A DNA stretch of 64,000 nucleotides from Macrostomum hystrix (lineage: Eukaryota; Animalia; Platyhelminthes). Made by a program: the position numbers and the translations under genes. Below, piece after piece: positions 1-11,828 of the stretch. The notes beneath the pieces were generated by a model, which was not told the DNA's origin, made no database searches, and was given only the letters and a program-made list of their open reading frames with translations. The DNA is taken from the NCBI GenBank assembly GCA_950097015.1, contig CATNEN010000038.1, forward strand, positions 35,154,001 to 35,218,000, in the 5' to 3' direction. The stretch's first letter is position 1, and each line of letters opens with the position of its first letter.

Positions 1-496
1 AGTTTGGCAGTGAACGAAAATAAAAATTCTAAATTGATGAAGGCTTGCCAAGATTATCAAATATTCAACCATTAGACAAGATGGGACCAATTTTTTATTT
101 AAGAGAATTATCTACCTGTCTGCAGCAGTCGTGTTGCTGGCCAGTCGAAACTCAAATTGAGCAAGGCTGCTGCTGCTTGTAGTCTTCTGAAGCTGACCAA
201 TCAGAGGACGCCATCCGCCCAGGCCAGTTCAAACCACCTCCACGGGGACATCCTGTTGGGGATTATTAATTTGGTAGATTTTGTTTCTGACTCCGTGAAA
301 AAAAGGTTCGCGAGATAAATCAAAGAAAAAAACACTTGCGAACTTTGATACATCGCAGAGTCTTAGAAACTTCAAATTCGAAGTTAACTCAAAGCATCCA
401 TGACGCTGCAGTTGATGCAACTACTGTGAGTACATGCCGACACCTGCTGTTTGAAGCTCTTTTAGAGACTTATTGATCGGCTTAAATAGCGGACTA

Positions 497-695
497 AGTC
501 AAGGGGGGGCGGATGAAGTCTAGGGGGGCGGATGAAGTCAAGGGGGGCGGATGAAGTCAAGGGGGGCGGATGAAGTCTAGGGGGGCGGATGAAGTCGAGG
601 GGGCGGAGAAAGTCAAGAGGGCGGATGAAGTCGAGGGGCTGAGAAAGTCGAGAGGGGCGAAGGAATTCAAGGGGTGCGGATCAAGGGGCGGATGA
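497..695 (+). repeat. G-rich ~19-20 bp minisatellite (AAGTCAAGGGGGGCGGATG) with GC-box motifs, just upstream of the GPCR
   Basis: About 10 degenerate tandem units, most containing GGGGCGG. Confidence 0.85.
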
Positions 696-1025
696 GTTCG
701 TGGGAGCGGATAGATAGTGTACAATCGCCCCAAATAAATGCGGCCTAACCGCGGATTCGAGCTCAGGGACTCCACCCCGACCCCCTCCGCTTGGCCCAGG
801 TCTCCGTCGGACTGGCTGTGCTGCCAATGGTCGCTGGTGGCCTTCCATAACACCAGCCGGGTGCTGGGACCCGACGCGAAGCGCTCGGTGAGCCAGGACG
901 AGTTCGTGCAACACGTTGCTGAACAGGCGGCGCTGCACCACCAGCCAACGCCGTGCAGCTCGGGCCGCAATGGCAGCCTTCAGCTGAGTCTTGTCGGGCA
1001 TTGCTACGCTTCCTGGGAGGCCATC

Positions 1026-2958
1026 ATGCCGGCTAGTCGCCAATTCCACCCGGAGACAATCATCGCCGCCATCGGCCTGACTCTCATCGCACTCGGTATC
1101 CTTGCCAACGCGCTAGTAGGCTCCACCATCTGCCTGTCCGGCAGTTTGCGCACCAAGAAGAACGCCTTCATGCTAAACCTGGCCTTAGCCGACATCCTGG
1201 TGCTGACCGTGTGCGCGCCCTACACCATCAAGTTGATCATGTTCAGCGACTGGCACTGGAACGCATTGATGTGCAAACTAGTTCCATTTGTACAGGGCTG
1301 CCTGATGTCTGTCAGCATCTGGTCCCAGGCCTCGGTGGCGTTCTATCGCTACGCTGTGGTCTGCCATCCGATCAGAGCCAGGGCGATCATTACGGCCAGA
1401 CGAACGGCCGCTTGGATCTGCGGAGTCTGGCTGCTGTCCTTGGCATTGTGCTCGCCAAATATTGCCTCGCACAATTACAATAGTCACCAGGTGAGCGGTC
1501 GTGTGTTTTTCTGCACTGATGCTAAACACAGTTGCTAAACAACACGTTAAAACTTTTAAGCCAGGTTAGAACGACTGTTCTCGCTCTCGATAACAACTAA
1601 CGTCCATCAGAAGTCTCACCCTCGACTCCAGTACTGACGTTGACTTCAGTACATTCTTCTGTGGACTGACGTCGACGTCAGTACATTCTTCTGTGGACTG
1701 ACGTCGACGTCAGTACATTCTTCTGTGGACTGACGTCGACGTCAGTACATTCTTCTGTGGAGTGACGTTGACTTCAGTACATTCTTCTGTGGACTGACGT
1801 CGACGTCAGTACATTCTTCTGTGGAGTGACGTTGACTTCAGTACATTCTTCTGTGGACTGACGTCGACGTCAGTACATTCTTCTGTGGACTGACGTCGAC
1901 TTCAGTACATTCTTCTGTGGAGTGACGTTGACTTCAGTACATTCTTCTGTGGAGTGACGTTGACTTCAGTACATTCTTCTGTGGAGTGACGTTGACTTCA
2001 GTACATTCTTCTGTGGACTGAGGTTGACTTCAGTACGAGTACATTCTTTTGTCAATCAACTGACGTTGACTTTAGAAAAATATAATTTGGCAGACTCAAC
2101 TCTATAATTGACCTTCTCGGCTTCGTCCGCCCTCTCTTCTATGTCTGCCCTCCTCCCAATACACAGTTGTCACGCGCTGTTTACCAAGCGCTATTTAAAG
2201 ATGTACTTTACAAGCCCAGCTAACCTGCTTATTCTGCTCTCATGCCGCCACAGATAATGGGCCTCTTCGTGCTGAAGACCTGCAACGAGGACTCCAACAA
2301 GAGGCTGAAAGTGGGCCTAACAATCTCGCTGCTAGTTTGTCTCTACCTTGTGCCGGCGTCTATCATAGCCACCTTCTGTGCCCTGACTATCCAGGAGCTG
2401 CGCCGCTCCCTCCAGTTCCTCGCGTCGAACTCGTTCCAGGCGGCCAGGCAGGGCCGTCGGCTGCAGACAGCGCGGCTGTTCGTGGCTGTGATGTCGGGTT
2501 TCGCCATCTGCTGGGGTCCGTATCACTGCCTGACCCTCTGGCTTCACGCCTGGCACCAGCGAGGCGACGTCGTGCTAGAGGATCGGGATCGTTCCGCCTC
2601 CGACCGACTGCACGTCGCCCAGTTCGTCACACTGTCCTTGGGCTACGCCGACAGTCTATTGAACCCCTGCTTCCTGCTGATATTCTGCGCGGAGCTGCGT
2701 CGCGAGTGTCGGGTCCTGGCTCAGCGGGCGATGTCGCGGGCAGCCAGACTGCTCGGCCGGGACGGAGGTGGCCTGGCTCAGTCAGACGGAGGACGCGAGT
2801 CAGCTACTCAGCAGCAGCAGCTGATGACGCCGAAGAGGTCGAATCGACAGCAACTGGACCAAATCAAGAAGATGGAAGAGGAGCAGCACCAGCTCATTCA
2901 GGTGCTTCCAGACGCAGCACACTCGCAGGAGTGTACTCAAACTGGCGAGACTGCTTGA
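1026..2958 (+). CDS. Rhodopsin-family (class A) GPCR, neuropeptide-receptor-like; 2 exons
   Basis: Exons 1026(or upstream in-frame ATG 738)-1490 and 2254-2958; phase-0 intron CAG|GTGAGC...CCACAG|ATA. Motifs: TM2 NLALAD, ECL1 W-x-W..CK, TM3 end FYRY..VCHP, TM4 W, ECL2 Cys, TM6 FAICWGPY, TM7 DSLLNP. Start codon uncertain. Confidence 0.9.
1632..2070. repeat. 32-bp intronic minisatellite containing the 18-bp palindrome ACTGACGTCGACGTCAGT
   Basis: GTACATTC recurs at 1681 and 1713; about 13 units. Confidence 0.95.
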
Positions 2959-4034
2959 GACTGACAATGGGAAGACTGGTTTTGCTGCAAATTTCTAACA
3001 ATAAACCAATATGGATAGACTGCACATGGCAGAAGTAATGTACGAGAAGTAAGGTCGAGGTGCGAATCCACATTGCTATTATTCCATAATCCACATAAAA
3101 ATGAAATGAAATTATGAAATGAAATGAAACTATGCGCTTGCTGCAACTGTCTATGGCTAAATTTCCTTCGTTTTTATGTATTGACTTCATTTTGCTCCCT
3201 GTCGCTCACGCTGTCCATGTCTACGGCTAAAACTCATCGAAAAAAAACAAATTAGAGTTTAAAGATTTGCTTTGCTTTTTTGGGGGGGTGCGGAGGCGAA
3301 GCCCCCCCCCACATTTCAACCATAGACAAAATTTGATTAAGAAATGACTCGAGTAAAATAGGAGAGACAGCTTGCGTTCTGAGATTTTATCTTCACTTTT
3401 ACTTTGTTGCTTTTAAATTAGCAAGCCATGTTGCGCAATCGTATAGGCCATAGACATCGGCCGCGGGCAATAATCGTTGGTTTGACCCTCGTTACTGTCC
3501 GCTCTGGCGTGGTATAATATTTTACTATTATTATTTTATTATTATTTTTGTTCTAATATTTTTATATTAATATTTCTATTAATATTTCTACTGTCTACAT
3601 TTTTCCTTTATCTCCCTAAATTTTCAACCGATCACAATAAAAATCCTGAATAAGGCCTAAAGATTTCTGCTCTATTCGATGAAAAATATTCGAGAATAAC
3701 ATGATATGTCGAGATACAGCAGTCGAGATATTCAACAATTCTCGTCGGGGTGTCTGGTGGCAAACGAAGCCATTTTGGCATAACTTTTCTGAGCACAAAT
3801 TTTTATGATGTCGGCTATAATCGTTGATTATTTTTTTGAACCAATTAAGATTCGCTATAGAGGATTATACAGAGCCACCTGCACACCTATTAACATTTTA
3901 TAATGTCAGCTGTCCTTGTCACCAGGGTCTTGGACAAGAATCGCTGAATATCTTGACGCTGCTGACGTCAGACGGTTTTGAATGACTGCCAGCTTAGTCA
4001 AAGTCGTTTTCATAAATTAGCCAATATCCATCTT

Positions 4035-6630
4035 TGCAGACCATCCAAATTATCTCACAGGGACAGGTGTTAATAACTAGCAGAGCATCCATGTTATCTC
4101 ACAGGGACAGGTGTTAATAACTAGCAGAGCATCCATGTTATCTCACAGGGACAGGTGTTAATAACTAGCAGAGCATCCATGTTATCTCACAGGGACAGGT
4201 GTTAATAACTAGCAGAGCATCCATGTTATCTCACAGGGACAGGTGTTAATAACTAGCAGAGCATCCATGTTATCTCACAGGGACAGGTGTTAATAACTAG
4301 CAGAGCATCCATGTTATCTCACAGGGACAGGTGTTAATAACTAGCAGAGCATCCATGTTATCTCACAGGGACAGGTGTTAATAACTAGCAGAGCATCCAT
4401 GTTATCTCACAGGGACAGGTGTTAATAACTAGCAGAGCATCCAAGTTATCTCACAGGGACAGGTGTTAATAACTAGCAGAGCATCCAAGTTATCTCACAG
4501 GGACGTGTTAATAACTAGCAGAGCATCCAAGTTATCTCACAGGGACAGGTGTTAATAACTAGCAGAGCATCCATGTTATCTCACAGGGACAGGTGTTAAT
4601 AACTAGCAGAGCATCCAAGTTATCTCACAGGGACAGGTGTTAATAACTAGCAGAGCATCCATGTTATCTCACAGGGACGTGTTAATAACTAGCAGAGCAT
4701 CCAAGTTATCTCACAGGGACGTGTTAATAACTAGCAGAGCATCCAAGTTATCTCACAGGGACAGGTGTTAATAACTAGCAGAGCATCCAAGTTATCTCAC
4801 AGGGACGTGTTAATAACTAGCAGAGCATCCAAGTTATCTCACAGGGACGTGTTAATAACTAGCAGAGCATCCAAGTTATCTCACAGGGACAGGTGTTAAT
4901 AACTAGCAGAGCATCCAAGTTATCTCACAGGGACGTGTTAATAACTAGCAGAGCATCCAAGTTATCTCACAGGGACAGGTGTTAATAACTAGCAGAGCAT
5001 CCAAGTTATCTCACAGGGACAGGTGTTAATAACTAGCAGAGCATCCATGTTATCTCACAGGGACAGGTGTTAATAACTAGCAGAGCATCCATGTTATCTC
5101 ACAGGGACAGGTGTTAATAACTAGCAGAGCATCCATGTTATCTCACAGGGACAGGTGTTAATAACTAGCAGAGCATCCAAGTTATCTCACAGGGACAGGT
5201 GTTAATAACTAGCAGAGCATCCAAGTTATCTCACAGGGACAGGTTTTAATAACTAGCAGAGCATCCAAGTTATCTCACAGGGACAGGTGTTAATAACTAG
5301 CAGAGTATCCATGTTATCTCACAGGGACAGGTGTTAATAACTAGCAGAGTATCCAAGTTATCTCACAGGGACAGGTGTTAATAACTAGCAGAGCATCCAT
5401 GTTATTTCACAGGGACAGGTGTTAATAACTAGCAGAGCATCCATGTTATCTCACAGGGACAGGTGTTAATAACTAGCAGAGCATCCATGTTATTTCACAG
5501 GGACAGGTGTTAATAACTAGCAGAGTATCCAAGTTATCTCACAGGGACAGGTGTTAATAACTAGCAGAGTATCCAAGTTATCTCACAGGGACAGGTGTTA
5601 ATAACTAGCAGAGCATCCATGTTATCTCACAGGGACAGGTGTTAATAACTAGCAGAGTATCCAAGTTATCTCACAGGGACAGGTGTTAATAACTAGCAGA
5701 GTATCCAAGTTATCTCACAGGGACAGGTGTTAATAACTAGCAGAGCATCCATGTTATCTCACAGGGACAGGTGTTAATAACTAGCAGAGTATCCAAGTTA
5801 TCTCACAGGGACAGGTGTTAATAACTAGCAGAGTATCCAAGTTATCTCACAGGGACAGGTGTTAATAACTAGCAGACCATCCATGTTATCTCACAGGGAC
5901 AGGTGTTAATAACTAGCAGAGCATCCAAGTTATCTCACAGGGACAGGTGTTAATAACTAGCAGAGTATCCAAGTTATCTCACAGGGACAGGTGTTAATAA
6001 CTAGCAGAGCATCCAAGTTATCTCACAGGGACAGGTGTTAATAACTAGCAGAGTATCCAAGTTATCTCACAGGGACAGGTGTTAATAACTAGCAGAGTAT
6101 CCAAGTTATCTCACAGGGACAGGTGTTAATAACTAGCAGAGCATCCAAGTTATCTCACAGGGACAGGTGTTAATAACTAGCAGAGTATCCAAGTTATCTC
6201 ACAGGGACAGGTGTTAATAACTAGCAGAGCATCCATGTTATCTCACAGGGACAGGTGTTAATAACTAGCAGAGTATCCAAGTTATCTCACAGGGACAGGT
6301 GTTAATAACTAGCAGAGTATCCAAGTTATCTCACAGGGACAGGTGTTAATAACTAGCAGACCATCCATGTTATCTCACAAGATCAGGTCTTAATATTTAG
6401 CAAAGCATGCAAATTATCGTACAGGGACATGGGTTAATACTCGTCATTAGCAGAGCATTCAAATTATCACACATGTACAGGTGTTAATAATTAGCAGAGC
6501 ATTTAAATTATCTCTTAGGGACAGGTGTTAATTACTAGCTGAGCATCCAAGTTATTTCACAAGGTCAGGTGTTAACACTCGTCACTAGCAGAGCATTCAA
6601 ATTATCACACAGGGACAGGTGTTAATAATA
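4035..6630. repeat. 44-bp tandem array A (CAGGTGTTAATAACTAGCAGAGCATCCAWGTTATCTCACAGGGA)
   Basis: Period 44 (CAGAGC at 4081 and 4125); >50 near-identical units, some 41-bp variants, degenerate after ~6370. Confidence 0.97.
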
Positions 6631-7244
6631 ATTATGGGGTCACACGCTATAGCGATGGTTTCTTCTGATTTGTTCTATAAACCAAGTATTAACAAAATAT
6701 TTTTTGTTGCGGAACGGATCCAAATTATAGTATCAGCGGAGTCAGTTAGTTAGATTTCTAAAGCATTGGCTGATCGGTTTAGTAGCTGCATATGCCTATA
6801 TACAGTAGTCCCGCTTTCTCCTTCAGCCACAACCTGTTATATCAATGAATTGGCGTGCAAACCGAATGCATATAATATAATTTAAAAATTTCCAAGAGCA
6901 TTCTATTTTGATCCCTTGGGATCGAGGAATTATTCCTTTGCCAGATGCAGATCTGACACTATAGCCTCTCTAATTTGGCTATTTTGCATGTTGATTTGAA
7001 AGGCAATGAAAATGAAAAATTATTTTACCAAACGAATGCTGCATCTCGTACTTTTTGTATTTTTTTCTGTTCTCTCATTTGATGTTATAGCTCATATAAT
7101 TTAATCGATACTCCTGATGTACTTCATGACTGTCATTTTGTCACTGGTCACTTATCGGGTGTCACTAATTAGCACTAATCAGTATGGCGACCATTTTATT
7201 ATCCATGTGCGCTGGTGCCACTACTCGTGATTGAAAAGGTGATA

Positions 7245-9960
7245 ATATTCTGATCAGTTTCCAGGTGTCACTAATTAAAGCGGTGATTATCTTCTTATCA
7301 GTTTGCAGGTGTCACTAATTAAAGCGGTGATTATCTTCTTATCAGTTTGCAGGTATCACTAATTAAAGCGGTGATTATCTTCCTATCAGTTTGCAGGTGT
7401 CACTAATTAAAGCGGTGATTATCTTCTTATCAGTTTGCAGGTGTCACTAATTAAAGCCGTAATCACCTTCTTATCAGTTTGCAGGTGTCACTAATTAAAG
7501 CCGTGATCACCTTCTTATCAGTTTGCAGGTATCACTAATTAAAGCGGTGATTATCTTCCTATCAGTTTGCAGGTATCACTAATTAAAGCGGTGATTATCT
7601 TCTTATCAGTTTGCAGGTGTCACTAATTAAAGCCGTAATCACCTTCTTATCAGTTTGCAGGTGTCACTAATTAAAGCCGTGATCACCTTCTTATCAGTTT
7701 GCAGGTATCACTAATTAAAGCGGTGATTATCTTCCTATCAGTTTGCAGGTATCACTAATTAAAGCGGTGATTATCTTCTTATCAGTTTGCAGGTGTCACT
7801 AATTAAAGCCGTAATCACCTTCTTATCAGTTTGCAGGTGTCACTAATTAAAGCCGTGATCACCTTCTTATCAGTTTGCAGGTATCACTAATTAAAGCGGT
7901 GATTATCTTCCTATCAGTTTGCAGGTGTCACTAATTAAAGCGGTGATTATCTTCTTATCAGTTTGCAGGTGACACTAATTAAAGCGGTGATTATCTTCTT
8001 ATCAGTTTTCAGGTGTCACTAATTAAAGCGGTGATTATCTTCTTATCAGTTTGCAGGTGTCACTAATTAAAGCGGTGATTATCTTCTTATCAGTTTGCAG
8101 GTATCACTAATTAAAGCGGTGATTATCTTCCTATCAGTTTGCAGGTGACACTAATTAAAGTGGTGATTATCTTCTTATCAGTTTGCAGGTGTCACTAATT
8201 AAAGCGGTGATTATCTTCTTATCAGTTTGCAGGTGACACTAATTAAAGCGGTGATTATCTTCTTATCAGTTTGCAGGTGTCACTAATTAAAGCGGTGATT
8301 ATCTTCTTATCAGTTTGCAGGTGACACTAATTAAAGTGGTGATTATCTTCTTATCAGTTTGCAGGTGACACTAATTAAAGTGGTGATTATCTTCTTAACA
8401 GTTTGCAGGTATCACTAATTAAAGCGGTGATTATCTTCTTATCAGTTTGCAGGTATCACTAATTAAAGCGGTGATTATCTTCCTATCAGTTTGCAGGTAT
8501 CACTAATTAAAGCGGTGATTATCTTCTTATCAGTTTGCAGGTGTCACTAATTAAAGCCGTAATCACCTTCTTATCAGTTTGCAGGTGTCACTAATTAAAG
8601 CCGTGATCACCTTCTTATCAGTTTGCAGGTATCACTAATTAAAGCGGTGATTATCTTCCTATCAGTTTGCAGGTATCACTAATTAAAGCGGTGATTATCT
8701 TCTTATCAGTTTGCAGGTGTCACTAATTAAAGCCGTAATCACCTTCTTATCAGTTTGCAGGTGTCACTAATTAAAGCCGTGATCACCTTCTTATCAGTTT
8801 GCAGGTATCACTAATTAAAGCGGTGATTATCTTCCTATCAGTTTGCAGGTGTCACTAATTAAAGCGGTGATTATCTTCTTATCAGTTTGCAGGTGACACT
8901 AATTAAAGCGGTGATTATCTTCTTATCAGTTTTCAGGTGTCACTAATTAAAGCGGTGATTATCTTCTTATCAGTTTGCAGGTGTCACTAATTAAAGCGGT
9001 GATTATCTTCTTATCAGTTTGCAGGTGACACTAATTAAAGTGGTGATTATCTTCTTATCAGTTTGCAGGTATCACTAATTAAAGCGGTGATTATCTTCCT
9101 ATCAGTTTGCAGGTGACACTAATTAAAGTGGTGATTATCTTCTTATCAGTTTGCAGGTATCACTAATTAAAGCGGTGATTATCTTCTTATCAGTTTGCAG
9201 GTGTCACTAATTAAAGCGGTGATTATCTTCTTATCAGTTTGCAGGTGACACTAATTAAAGCGGTGATTATCTTCTTATCAGTTTGCAGGTGTCACTAATT
9301 AAAGCGGTGATTATCTTCTTATCAGTTTGCAGGTGACACTAATTAAAGTGGTGATTATCTTCTTATCAGTTTGCAGGTGACACTAATTAAAGTGGTGATT
9401 ATCTTCTTAACAGTTTGCAGGTATCACTAATTAAAGCGGTGATTATCTTCTTATCAGTTTGCAGGTGTCACTAATTAAAGCGGTGATTATCTTCTTATCA
9501 GTTTGCAGGTGTCACTAATTAAAGCGGTGATTATCTTCTTATCAGTTTGCAGGTGACACTAATTAAAGTGGTGATTATCTTCTTATCAGTTTGCAGGTAT
9601 CACTAATTAAAGCGGTGATTATCTTCCTATCAGTTTGCAGGTGACACTAATTAAAGTGGTGATTATCTTCTTATCAGTTTGCAGGTATCACTAATTAAAG
9701 CGGTGATTATCTTCCTATCAGTTTGCAGGTGTCACTAATTAAAGCGGTGATTATCTTCTTATCAGTTTGCAGGTGACACTAATTAAAGCGGTGATAGCTT
9801 TCTTATCAGTTTGCAGGTGTCACTAATTAAAGCGGTGATTATCTTCTTATCAGTTTGCGGGTGTCACTAATTAAAGCCGTGATCACCTTCTTATCAGTTT
9901 GCAGGTGACACTAATTAAAGCGGTGATAGCTTTCTTATCAGTATCAGGTGTCATTTATTA
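7245..9960. repeat. 44-bp tandem array B (CAGGTGTCACTAATTAAAGCGGTGATTATCTTCTTATCAGTTTG)
   Basis: Period 44 (CAGGTG at 7262 and 7306); about 60 units with blocks of repeated variants. Confidence 0.97.
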
Positions 9961-10769
9961 TCACGGCGATCATTGTCTTATTATAGTGTGCACGTGGATC
10001 ATTAATTAGTTACTTGAATCAAATTTTTATAGGCCTGTTGACTGCGTGTCTCTGGTTAGCACACAATTTTCACCTTTCAGTCCCCTGACAGTATAATTTT
10101 ATAGCACAATGTCTGGCACTAAGTGTTTTTTAGTTTCTTTTCACATAGCTAAATTTATGCTAGCAAGTTGTATTAATCTAAAAAGGCATCAACATGACTC
10201 ACTGAAATAACATCCTGAAAATCGGAATCACATGCTCAACAAAATATGCGGAAGCTCTATAGGATCATGTGAGATTATGACGCCGATTTTAATGTATTTT
10301 TCCCAGAATGCACAAGCAAGAAAATATGAAAAAAACAACAGCTGAGATAACTGCGAATTAGAAAATTTCAAAATTCAGTCGAACAAAAAAACGGAAACGA
10401 GAGCGTCGCGCTGCTTCGGTGAGACGCACGGTCGAGTGGATCGTCTAATGAGGCACTGGACATCCCCTGGGCAGCGAAATAACGGGAAAATCCTGTGCAG
10501 ATACTCAGATGACGGAAATGAATCAAGGATTTAAGAGGCCTAGACCAAAGCTGCTAACCTAGCCTAGCTAATTATATATAACACACAGTTCGCGTAGTGA
10601 GGATTTCTAGCATGTGTAATTTTCTATCCGTATTAATGACAATATTTTCAGTGGGTCGGGCTCGGCACAGAGAGCTGAATGCAAAAATTTCCTGGGGGGG
10701 GGGAACTCCCACGCAAAACAGGCCGATTTCTGGACCAAAGCTGCTTGGCTGACTTTCAGGGGGGGCCGC

Positions 10770-10975
10770 ATTCATTTCGGTGGCGCAGCCGCGGAGAGAA
10801 GGCTTTGGGGCTTGTCCTATAATTTACGGCCATGAGGGCCAACCTCCAAGGCACAGTGAGAGTGTACACTGCCTGACGATGAGAAATGCATGCGACGGTA
10901 TTTGAGCTCAGGATTCAGCGGAATGGGCAGAATAGCCTCATCGCTAGCTGCGGATCTACTGTCAATTTTACGCCA
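10770..10975 (+). mobile_element. 5'-truncated, diverged copy of structured SINE family 1
   Basis: Shares GCGCAGCCGCGGAGAGAAGGC...GAGGGCCAACCTCCAAGGCACAGTGAGAGTGTACACTGCCTGACGATGAGAAA...GCTCAGGA..CAGCG.AATGGGCAGAAT with the copies at 26432 and 61002. Confidence 0.85.
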
Positions 10976-11828
10976 TTGACAACTAAGTGATAAGTAACGG
11001 TGGAAATTCCCCCCTGACAATTTTGTGCTGCACCCGAACGGAGCAACGCAAGCACACGAAACTCAAGAACACGGACCAACTTTTTGTTGCGCATCTTCTG
11101 AAACAAGAATCAAGTCGCCAGCTCTTTAGACAGTCGAGATATTCAATGTTTCTGGTCGAAGGTCTAGTGTATTTCATACACCCCTACACAAATTAGCACT
11201 GCGCCTCAGTGTGGCCTTGCCAGGCCGCCAAAATTGATCAGCATGTCACCCGAGTGTGCCTGCATCATCTCCGTCTTCGGTGGTCACCTGCCTCTATCTA
11301 GACGGATTTGCTGGACCTTCAAGGGCTTCAACAGGTGGAAATGGGCAACTATGGACACCCTGACGCGAATTTCTCCAATTTCACTGATCAAGCCTATAAA
11401 TATTAGTAGGGTAAATTTTCCCCTTGGTATAAAAACGGGCGGCAAAATGGCTTGGTAGTCCTACTGTTATAAATTTTTGTTACATGACGTGCAATTAGTT
11501 TTACTGGTAAAGTAGATTTTTCATAGCTAGATGTTTAACTACCTACACTTATATATTCAATCACTAAAACACAGTATAACCTTGTACATAAAGGCAGGAG
11601 TCACTACTACACTTGGAGTTTGGATTTTGGACACTATAATTGACACCTAGCAACGGATGACTGCGCGGACCATAATTAATTATGCGTTAAGAATTAAACT
11701 TATAGTTGAAGCAAGACATTCGTATTATAAAATCCCACTCGATCAAGTTCTGTACACATAAAAAGTACATGAAATGACATAATCGCATTACAATTACAAT
11801 AATTATCAACCGCGCAAGACACCCGTAA

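Noticed and set aside
4035-9960. CRISPR-like arrays
   Set aside because: Head-to-tail units with no unique spacers, no cas genes, and a eukaryotic spliced-gene context.
6803-11466. Possible pogo/Tigger-like TIRs (TACAGTAGTCCC ... GTAGTCCTACTG)
   Set aside because: Only ~6 bp of inverted match, no TA duplication at the right end and no transposase.
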